64,000 nt of DNA from Diadema antillarum (Eukaryota): the NCBI RefSeq assembly GCF_040938485.1, contig NW_027271190.1, positions 682,001 through 746,000 on the forward strand, given 5' to 3'. The translations under genes were made by a program, and so were the position numbers. Of the stretch, positions 11,139 to 23,100 are shown in pieces. Positions within the stretch are counted from its first letter, which is position 1, and every line of letters starts with the position of its first letter. The notes beneath the pieces were generated by a model. It was not told the origin of the DNA, ran no database searches, and saw only the letters and a program-made list of their open reading frames with translations.

Positions 11139-14100
11139 GGTTGGTTGGATGGATGGATGGATGGATGGATAAAGAGATAAAGAGTATTATAAAGAGAACA
11201 TTTTAGCAGAAATATAGACAGAAAGTTAAAAAGATAGCTTCGCGGATGCACATGGAGAGAGAGGGGAGGAGAATTAAAATTGCATGTGCATGTCTGTGTA
11301 TGGTGTGCAGATGTGTGCAAGTATTACAGACATAATTATAATTGCTGTTTAGAGTCTGCATAAAGTGAGTGATGCAAGCATACATATATTTATCATCTGT
11401 TGCTCCTATCAATATTCTACTAATGTCATTCTATTCTGAACTTGTAGGTATGCATTCTTATTGTTTTTGCTGTTATTGCTGTTGTTGTCGTATCATCACC
11501 AAATATTTAATTCCAATTCGATTGACGAACTCAAAGAGACATTAAAGGTTAAAAGGGGAGGTAAATTTGTGGATTCAATTAAACTTGCCATAAGCTTTAC
11601 GTACAAAAGGCTGTGACGTGTTTTCCATTCCAGGGACTGATTTATTTCAGATTCTTTTTTTCATATTCTACATGTTCTAACACCTGGTTCCCGTTTTCTG
11701 ATTTTTGAATGAATGATTTTAAATTTCCTTAACACACAGGCTGCCATAGACTTATGATTGAAATCAACTATATAATCACTTATAAGTCTTCATAAAAACA
11801 GGGCCTGTTTCATAAAGATTGATTGTAAGATCGCGTAGGATTGATCGTATGATTGAAGCGATTCAAAAAAAGTTACGCTCGATCTGTTATCAAATCAGTG
11901 CTTTAAATCAAGCGTAAGTATCTTTAAGAAACAGACTTCCGATCATACGCTCGATTCACTGAGTTCCGCTCAATAAATCGAGCGTAAGATCAAACGTAAC
12001 TAATTATGAGATAGACCCCAGGTAATGGTATTTCCGTCGATTCTTTCGTCTTTAAAACAAACCCGGCAAACGACAGCATGGTTGGCGCTCTAATCCGCTG
12101 GAAGCCCGACGTCGTCTCGTCGACCGACCTCGAGGGAAAGTTTCCCCTCCACATCGCCGCCCAGCACGGCCGCAGCGACACGGTGCAAGAGATCCTGAAG
12201 TCAGACGCCAACGTGAACGAGAAGACGGTCGATCCGGAGAAGGACAGCAGGGACGAATCAGCGGACGAAAATTCGTAAGCTATTGGTTTCATCCTTCCTA
12301 TTCAACTGTATTGGAGGCATCCACCCCCGTCCCAAAGTGACAACGATTTGGAGAACCTTAAGCGTGGAAACTAACAAATCTTATATCACATAAACCATTT
12401 GAATGTACTCAATGAATCAGTTTAGTGCAATATGTATTCGATACACTCCTTTTTCTTCATCTAAAGAAAGGAAGCTACATTGATGATGATTTAATTAATG
12501 TCATATTGACCTTGTTATGATTGATTCAAACTCTGGATCTTATTATGATATGTATTATATTGACCTTCATTGCATATGCATATAGTGCATATGGAGTTCC
12601 TTTGAAAAAAAAAAGGATGAAAAGCCATGGCTGTGCTCTAATGATAAATTATTCTTTTACCACTGAAATCTACTGTGCATGGAAAAACAGATGATTCGTG
12701 ATTCCTAAGTTTTGTTTTGCTTTGTTTTGTTTTCTGTCTCATTTTTGTCCTCAAATTACGGATGAAATGCTGAGCCTGTCAGTTGATAATGATAAGGTCT
12801 CTTTGCCTTGTCTGTACCACATTACATTCTGTTTTTAGTTTTATCGCCGTAATTTTCTTCTTCTCCTTTTTTACCTCTTCCCTCCCCTTTTGTCGTTTTT
12901 CCTTTGGAAGCAGGAGCCCAACAAAGTCAGGCGGTAAAACGGCCCTGCACTATGCTGCCGCCAACGGCTGCGTGAAGACAGTGCAGGCCCTCCTCAAGGC
13001 CGGGGCGAACATTGATAGCAGAGACACACAGGAGGTACGACGAGACTCAAGCTCGTCACGATAAGTCACTGTCTCGTACAGTAAATACAGGAAAGCCAAA
13101 GCTAGAAACACAGATGAAGAGTTTTATCGCACAACGAACTAACTCCATTCTTGTTAAGTTGAGATATTTGTGATTAAAGCTGCTAAAAAACAAAGAAAAT
13201 AATACGAAAATAGTATTACAGAATATTTTTAATCATAACTTCGAGAGTATTCCTTGTTATGTCACAAGTGAGGTATTGCTGAAAAGGTTTAAGTTTGCTC
13301 TATCTGATGATAAGCTTACTTTGAAGTGTTTAAAAATGGCACTTAGCTCATTTTGCAATAAAACTCTTCAAATATAAGGGAAGAAAAACAGTACCAAAAC
13401 AAACTGCACCGCAAGGAATACCCCAGAAAATTATTTCACTTTCAGTTTCAAAAGTGTGCCTCATCCCTCTGTGATGAACAGGAGCAGAGAGAGAGAGAGA
13501 GAGAGAGGAGAGAGGGGGACAGACAGACAGATAAACCGAATTAGAGTAGAGGAAAAAAAAAGAGAAAAAGATGTAGTCTCATATACCCCAAGAATATTCT
13601 AGAAGATCAAAACTATGTCACTCCATATTCATATCAATTCTATTTCAACGAAGGACGACTGATATAATGGTTAGTCCATTCATCACTAAACAGTATTATT
13701 ATCATCAATTAATATGTATGACTAAAGTGAACGCTGAAACTAGATCTAATAAACCTTACTTTAATGTGCGTTCCAAAAAAAAAAAAATGTTTCGATATGA
13801 GAGCGGTCAGACACAAATATACGTCGTATGGATATAGGATAATGATTTGAAAAGACGCTCAAAACATCGTTTCGATGTACGACGTATATATTGATAGTAT
13901 TTGATACTACGTTTCAATATGTGAGCATTCAGACACATAGAAACGTGCTATATCCATACGTCGTATATCCATACGAGAACTCTCTAATCTGAACGGGGGA
14001 TTGGTCTGACCAGCAGAAAGTCAAATCTGTACTCTCCCCATCCTCAGACTACCCCTCTCCACCTTGCCTGTGACGGAGGCAACTTCGACGCCGTCAAACT

Positions 14101-17100
14101 TCTCCTGTTCGAATACGACGCTGACTACACCGCGCGCGACGAAAACGGCTACAACTGTCTCGACTTCGCCGTCGACAACGAACAAGAGTACGTCTTATCA
14201 CAACGACATTAATATGTCGCTTATCTTGATTCAAATAACTGTTTCCATTTCATATCGATTTGTTTCTTCTTTTTGTGCAAAGATTCCAATCACTGAGGTC
14301 ATTTCATCCTCAGTTATGCATTTACTTCTTTCGCGTTTCTGTTGGTTTGCACTCATAATTATAGTTTTCTTAATTTATTGCGCTGGTTTTTTAGTTTTCT
14401 TAGATTTACTTTCCTATTTGTGAATTCACATTACGTAAATCATCACTACAAAAATAAAACGACATGAAAGAATTTAGAATTTTAAAAAAAAAACTGATTT
14501 TTTTTTTAATCTGCCTGTGAGTATGAAACGGGAGTTTTATCTAAGAGTTACTAATCTTATGTATCAACTAGCTATGCATGAATTTATCATTTCATAAAAA
14601 AACAAAAAAAAAAAACCAAACAATTGTGATACGTTTATGGAAGGCCAGTCGAGTTACTGCTTTTTATTTGTTTACATTTGAAACTTTCAGGGGGCAGATG
14701 GATATTAGCATGCAACTTTGTTGTTGGTGTCTGAAGTCTTTAGTCCCCAGAGTGCTGCCCTCAATGGGCGAAGACTATTTAGTTTTTGCGTATTTTTCCC
14801 CAAGACAGAAATTGGGTCTCTCTCGATGAGAAATTTAAAGGCGACAAGGACATTTGTTCAAAACAGAGATTGGTATTTATATAACTTTTAGGCTTTTCTC
14901 CCGAAGATGCTAAGTGAGCATGCGTAATACCAATCATATTGATGGTTGCCATAGGAACGTTGCCAATCTCCTCCTGAGCCATCCGAACTGGAGGCAGCTG
15001 ATGCATTCGTCGACCACGGACAAGGAGACGAAAAGGAGGTCAACTCCGATGAGGAAACTCATCGCCAAACTGCCCGGTACGTCTGAGAAAGTTTCGCTGA
15101 CCACCCTTTGATTGAATATAGGTTTACTATCCGTATTATGGTAACAACCAAATTATACTTGGCATTCTCGAATCCTAAAGACTTCATATCAAAAGATGTG
15201 CTACAGTATCAACTGAGATTGGTTGACAATGCCAATTACGCTTTCATGTTGAACGAATCAGTTATCACGGGGCATACGGCAATATGGTGACATTATAAAA
15301 TCAGTGATATAGGTAAGAATATTAGGATTATAAATCGGGGCAAGAAATTGTGATTAACAAGAATGACAAAGACAAGAAGGAAGGAGAAGTAGAGGAAGAA
15401 AATGGAGGAGAACAAAAAAAAGAGGTAGCAGTAGAAAAGGAGAGAACACAAATCCGAGTATAGCAATGCAACGAGATGTGATGGAAAGTGGAACATCTAA
15501 TTCAATCATTCATTTGAATGGTGGAGCAGTCTCCTATATCGTGTATCTTACCTTTTCATTGTCACTTTCGCTGTACACATGATTTTGTTCAATGGGCATG
15601 TATGGACGTACATGTTATATCAGTAGACCTTTAGAATCTGAAAAAAAAATAATCTCCTAACATAAAATTTTGGACTGAGAATGTTTTGTGTTAGAGCATC
15701 AGCCTCGTCAAACATGTCAAAGTATCTGAAGAAACGTGTAATCAGAGTTTTCCAATATTAATTTCCTGGTGTTTTGCTGAGATTGTGTTTGTTTTTACAT
15801 TATCTTTTCTCTAAATAGAGATACCCCATATAGTTGCTATAACTTGTAATTTCATGCACAATAATAAACGCCTTTTAACAAAGTCGATATTGCTTGCTCC
15901 TTCCTTGAGACTGAATATTTTGTATTACATTGTATCTTATTTAATACGTCTGTGTGTATTTTGTGTATTCTTTTCGCGGGAATTTAATTCAAAATATTGT
16001 ACTCACAAGGGGAACAGTAGTCTTGACTTCTTGAACGGCTCTTACAATATTGCCTTAATAATGAGTATAGAATCGTGGTATGGCCCTAGACGTGGATAGT
16101 AATTCAAGCATTCATTGTACGCCATTATTGTATTGTTGAACTGGCAGGTAGTATCTACTGTAACATGCTTCTTCTTCTTTTTTTTCATATTTGTAGCTGT
16201 GGCCCAAACCGTGATGGACAAGTGCCTAACCGCACCCCAGGGTGTCGGTCGCAAGAATCCCGACTTCTGGGTCGAGTTCGAATTCGAGCTGATTGACGAC
16301 TCGTTCTCTGCATGGGACCATCCGGATTTCTCCCATAAGGGTACGAAGCGATGAATAACATGCTCAATTGGCAATTGGTTGTAAACGGCGCTAAGAATAG
16401 ATTATTTTCCTTCTATTGATTTGTGCCAAGTATTCAGATATGATAAGCACTAAGTACAAGAAAATAGTAGCAATAGTATTTCAAGAGTTTCAATATAAAT
16501 CGAGTGGACAGTAATACAAATAATTAAGATTTCCTTGAAAGGACAATTGATATTCTATTCAATGCCATTGAACTCAAGTATTACAAAAAAATAACCAACT
16601 GGTTTTGTTCTAGGCATGAATGGATATGCATCGTGACATTAATATGTCCTATTTCTCGCCCTCATGTATTTTGTCAGAAATTTGGTATAATTACGACTGA
16701 ATGCATGGGAACTGACTCTCAGATCTCTAAAAGGGCAAGGGAACACGGTATCCTCGGTTCACTTTGTGTATTGTCATGAAGAAATCCCACATATTACTAC
16801 ATATGGTGAATACCGGTGTTTTTGTTTTTTGAGCGAATTGACTGGAAAATTAACAGACACCTACCCACTATAGTTCTTATGATTTGACTTCTGTGGTGTT
16901 GCATTATAACATATTCACAATTCTCCCATCTACAATTCACAATTCCTAGAGACTCAAATTCTTGATCAGGTGAATTGGAACAAGTGGAAATTCACAAAGT
17001 TCAATTAGCAACCAGGTAATAAATACATGCAATGACGTTTTGCAGCCCAAAACACAGACAAGAAAGACGGCCTGGGCGAGAGAAGGTTTACCTTCCGGCA

Positions 17101-20100
17101 AGAGGTGGGCATCCAAGAAACGTCCTTCGGAGGCCACCCGCCGGACGGCAAGGCCAACGCGGGATACACGCCTGGCGTCGATGATGTCGAGTCGCAGAAA
17201 CTTCGGGCCGATGGCGCGAAGGAACGGGACCCGATGTCACCTCTGTCCACGTCGGCATACAAGGAGAACGGTCGCCTTAAGTCTGAGTCGAAGTCATACA
17301 CAGGCAACTCGGCCAAAATAGTTCGGGACCATCCTCTCAGTGAGATGGTAAGCTGGTATAGAGGGGTCTAGGGCGATTACCCCCTGGGCAATTACCCCGG
17401 ACCCTTCCCCTGACCCAGACCCAAATCTATAACCCTAAACCCAACCCTAACCCTAATCGTTACAGTAACCTTATCACTAACTAGTATTTAGCTGGGGGTA
17501 ACTGCCCTGGAAGGGGGGGGGGGGGTAATTGGCCCGATACGGGTATGGACGTCGCGGCAAAGAATATCTGTACTCCTTTTAACCAAATGGCTGCACAGTT
17601 TTACACTATTAGTCACAGACAAACATGCATAATTTAGTAACGGTACAACTATATCAATTTCCTCAATCGTCAATAGTCTTTCAACAGTCATAGGGGAGTT
17701 TGGTGTGCATTGTGAGTGAGGGATAAATGGGATAATCTAATCAATTATCTGATCTTCCGAGGACAGGTCTCGGCGGGTCGTGCCGAGCTTCTCGACCACC
17801 CCCTAACGAGGACACTCGTCAACCACAAATGGCGCCACCTAGTGCGATACTTCTTCTGGACTTGGCTGGCCTTCTACCTTGCCTTCGTTGCCCTGGTGAC
17901 GGGTTATGTGGTGGTAACCCCGCCCCCATACTACGCGAAGTCCACGAACGGCGACCCGAACTCCATCGACTGGTTCGCGAACGGGCAGGAGCGCTGGGTC
18001 GACGAATTAACATCGTCCACTCGCAACTTCTTCGCGGCTGTGGGACACTGGCTTATTCTGGCTTTCTCCGTTCTTAGTCTCTTCCGCGAGGTAACATACT
18101 AATATCATCGCATAACATTTTACCCGTCCTTTATTACCAGGAGATGAAAGCAACGTTAGACCTGAGAAATCATGCACTTCAACTAATCGGAGACTTTACA
18201 AAAGTGGAATGTTATGATGGTATAGATGACTTGATCTTGTACTTTGGTTGCTAATTACGTTTTTGAATAGCAGTAACAAGAGTTGATTCATGATTGTGTA
18301 ACTACTACATGAAAAATACGACTTTGACACAGCATGATTCGTTCGTTCCTTTTTTAATCTACTTTTGAACCGGCAATGTTCTTTTTTACATGTAAATCGT
18401 GTATTTCTTTAGCTGTTTTACCATGTGTTGTTCATGACCAGTTATTTTTCCAATCTCAGTATGTTTGTTTCGTGTTTTGTTCATATGTGAAAGTGGTTAT
18501 TGNNNNNNNNNNNNNNNNNNNNNNNNNNNNNNNNNNNNNNNNNNNNNNNNNNNNNNNNNNNNNNNNNNNNNNNNNNNNNNNNNNNNNNNNNNNNNNNNNN
18601 NNNNNNNNNNNNNNNNNNNNNNNNNNNNNNNNNNNNNNNNNGAAATGAATTGAATTGAAGTGAACTAAACTGAATTGAATTGAATTTCGCCTTCATTATA
18701 TTGGCATTCAGCTTGTTGTAACTTTAGGGTGTAATTATAAATCAGATTTGTCGTGACTTAAATCAATGACCCACTTAATCAATCCATAAACCAGGTGATC
18801 CTCATGGCCATTGAGAGGCAGTATTACTTCCGGGTCAGGAGTATGATGGTATGGACTCTCCACATTCTTACCATCCTCCTCGTCATCCCCAGCGACCCGT
18901 CTCGCTTTGGGGACGGGATGAGACTACGAAGGGTATGTCAAGAACCCCCATAAAGCCCGGAGATTGTCGTCACATCCACATGCTACATGTTCTATACCAT
19001 TACACGTAGGTCCAATATACTTGTGACATTCTTTTTAGTTCTTTTTTTTTTTAGTATGATATGATTGCTTATGTAGCATATTCAGGTGTAGTGTTATTAG
19101 TATATTAATCATAAGTATTGCATAATTTGTATGTTTGACGTATGCCATGACTTTGATGTATACCGCAAAGTAGTCATTTATGGTTAAAAAACAATGCAAA
19201 TACAATGCCCTAAACTATGCTACAGACAATACAATGCAAAACTTGCAAAACAAGATCTACAGAGTCTATGATCTACGTAACCCCCACATCAATGAACAGC
19301 TTAAATTTCTGATAAGGTTACTTTCATTCAACTTCTGTTACTTTTTGAACACTTTTCTCAGGACTGGCAGTGGCAGTGTGGGTCGGTCGCTGTGTTCCTG
19401 GCCTGGATTAACCTGCTCCTGTTTCTACGTCATTTCTCCGTGTTTGGCATCTACGTCATCATGCTGACAGGTTAGTAGGAGATGCTCCACCCCCTCCTTC
19501 ATGAATATGCATGAATATTCATGTTCTGCCCCACTCTTTACTCTGTATTCATTTTTATTTATTTCAATATTCTTTCAGCAGGGTAGCCCTTTCAGTTGGT
19601 TAAAGGGAAGGTAAACCCCAAGAGCAATGTGGATTGAGTGAAAGCAGCAAAATTAGTAGAACACATCCGTGAAAGTTTGAGGAAAATCGGACAATCGATG
19701 CAAAAGTTATGAATATTTAAAGTTTTGGTGTTGGAACCGCTGGATGAGGAGACTACTAGAGGTTATGACGTATGAGTGGACAACAATAAAAAGAAAATAT
19801 AAAGGAAAATTCAACAAAAAATCCATTTCTTCAATGAAAGAATGGACGTCATAACCTTTAGTAGTCTCCTCATCCAGCGGTTCCAACACCATAACTTTAA
19901 AAATTCATAACTTTTGCATCGATTGTCCGATTTTGTTCAAACTTTCACTGATGTGTTCTACTAATGCTGCTGCTTTCACTCAATCCACATTGCTCTTGGG
20001 GTTTATCTTCCCTTTAACTGTTCTACCAAGGGGCCCTGCTCACACTATGTACAGATAAAAATGTCATGAACATCAAAACAAAGTACACACAATAAAATAG

Positions 20101-23100
20101 CCTACACTACAAATCAACCTCTAATAGTCCGAAACAAAAATACAAACAATATAAAACTTATAGTTGAATGGAAGCAAAGAACTTCCCCTCCATCCTCTTC
20201 CCTTCTTTCTCTCCCCCTCTCTCTTCATGTATTTATAGACATGATAAAAAATAGCGTACGTCATTTCGATTCAACGTCCTATAAACCACTCATGCAGAAC
20301 GGAAGAGGGAGATATTTAGTGGTTTAAAGGACATTGCATCAAAATGACGTATGCTCTCTTTTTTATTATGTCTGTAAACAAATGACTAGAGAGCTATAGA
20401 TAGGAAATCTGGATTGAACCCAATATTCATCAAATTCCTTGATTGTCTTTCATGTAGCGTGTTGTTGACTATAATTATTTTCTCCTTCTTTTTTTCAGAA
20501 ATCATGAAAAGTTTTCTAAAGTTCGTCAAAGTCTTTCTCATCTTCCTCCTCGGCTTCGCACTGGTGTTCTACATGCTGCTCATGAACCAGGTATAGTTTT
20601 CATTCTAGACAATTACCATACAATTATGTTTGGTTGGTTTTATTTCTGCATTTTCATAGATTCTAAATAACGTTATGAAAGGGTTTTTTTTAAAACATTT
20701 TCAATACAAAATCACATCACCAATAACATTTTTCAACACTACGGACGAGAAAATATCAGTGCAAAAATAAGTTACAAATCTATTATCAACCATGATCATG
20801 CTGGATCATGAGAATGCTTCATACCACATATCGTAAGCATGTGCTTGAAATGATAGTGGCCTGAGAAAGTGGCAGTGGTTAAAAGGAATCGAAAAAGAGT
20901 GGGAGTGTTGTGCCTAATATTATGCAAGGTGCATCGTGCTCTGTGCGGAAGTGCATGTACCTCAAAATAATACGTAACTATGAGGAGTAATGTCATCGAG
21001 GAGTAATGGTAGTTTTGTTTTCTTTTTGCGTACAATTATGAGAACAAAGGGATCAATAGAGGAAATATCAAAAATCTGCAAATCATTAATAGCGACATTG
21101 ATCATGTTGATGTGAATTATTTCGATATCACTGTTATCATCGTTATAAATTTCATTCCTGACTTCATCGTCATCATCATTGCATGTTCAGATTAATGCCT
21201 GATTTGCTAAACTTCATCAAAAGTTCCAGCTCTTTTGTTATGCATTACACTGTCGTAACTCCCACATAATTGTTTATTTGCTCCAACTTTAGTTTGATTA
21301 AAAGCAAACCTTATGACTAAAATGCAAAAAAAAAAAACCTCGAAAGGTTCTTTTTTACACTTTTTCATCATAATATTTTTTTCACGCTTTCTGCATCCTC
21401 CTTTTTTTCTCCCTATCGTTCTCATTTCATCGTATTCTGTTCTCTCCTCTTTTTATGATACTGTTACAATTTCATTTACTTGTACAATCAAAAGCATTAG
21501 TGCAATATTGTGGCAGCCAAGAACAAATGACATCACTAAAATTTCTCTTCACCAATTNNNNNNNNNNNNNNNNNNNNNNNNNNNNNNNNNNNNNNNNNNN
21601 NNNNNNNNNNNNNNNNNNNNNNNNNNNNNNNNNNNNNNNNNNNNNNNNNNNNNNNNNNNNNNNNNNNNNNNNNNNNNNNNNNNNNNNNNNNNNNNNNNNN
21701 NNNGAAGTTTACTACCATCGTTGCCATGTACTCTTGCCGCTCCTCGTTAAAGTTATTATCATCACCATTTTTTTTCTTCACGCAGCAACCTTTCCACCGC
21801 GTCCAGCATTCGTTGCTCAAGACATTGGCGATGATGGCGGACGATTTTATTGACTTATAGCTATAATCATAATTATAGTAAACATTTGCTACTTATGTAT
21901 GTTTTCTAAATACCATTTTCCAGATTTTCGAAGAAAGTAGTCCTGTTAGTGTGCATACTATGAAAGGGAAATTACACCCTTGTACTTTCTTTAATGTTCA
22001 ATAGAAACACTTCTCAATAAGTTAAACATGTGCTAAATATCAATGAAATGTCTTACAGTATAATTTTTCACAAGCATGAAATTCACCCAACGAAGCAGAG
22101 CCCTCACCTGGACAAAGATTTACATTCACATTCGTGCTTCCATTCATTTCTTTATTTATTTTTGCCACAGGTTGGCGTAGCTGTCTACGACGTGCAGAAA
22201 ATTCGACAAAGGGCAAAATTCCACCATCTTGCCATTCAAGTAAGTTATGCTTCATGTTCGAAAGGTAAACTAATGCTAAGTACAATGACAGTGGTAACTT
22301 TTTAACCGTTTCCAATGTACCGTTTTTAATGCAATCGGGGAGGTGAAATTTGCTGATATTAAGCATGTAGGTTTTGAACGTAAAAATGGTTGACGATTTA
22401 ACGTCAAAAATGTTTGGCGATTTATTTTTGGTAACTTCACACGAGGTCGTCATGTCAGACTACAACGTTCCAGCTCGATTATTGAACAAAGCAAAATGAA
22501 AAAGACATTAAAAAATACACATGAATTTACCTTAAAACAAAGAGGAAGAAAAATACGTTGAAAGAATCAAATTGTCATATCGACTTTATATCGAACTTTA
22601 CATTTCCTGTGAGTTCTTCTAATGTTATTGTGAAGAATGGAGTAAAATCGAATTAGCAGCTTTGCCGTTACACTCTGCATGCTCTTTGCAAGCTCCTATC
22701 CTCTATGTGCAGAAATGATGATGCATGGTACACGAGAATTCAAAGTCATTACCTAGTGTTTCATTGCAAAATCCCGATGTGAGCGACATCGACCAGAACA
22801 TAGCAAATCTCAACATCATTTATGATTTTTAGAGATATGCAATTATTTCAGCCTGAATCATCATTCTTTGTATAATATCCCCTTCAAATAAAACAAATAA
22901 ATAGGTGGAGACGGTTCTAGAGATGCAGCGGCTGCTGCCTGTATCCATCTGGCGTTCCGTGATGGTTGCTAGGAAACGGCTCCATCCTTACGGCGGAGGA
23001 TGCTGCCCCGGAGTTACCCGGTGTTGCCGTAAAGTCGATGGTGACGCCGAGATTCTGAAGGAAGCCACCAAGATTTGCCTCAACAGCGCCACCACCGACG

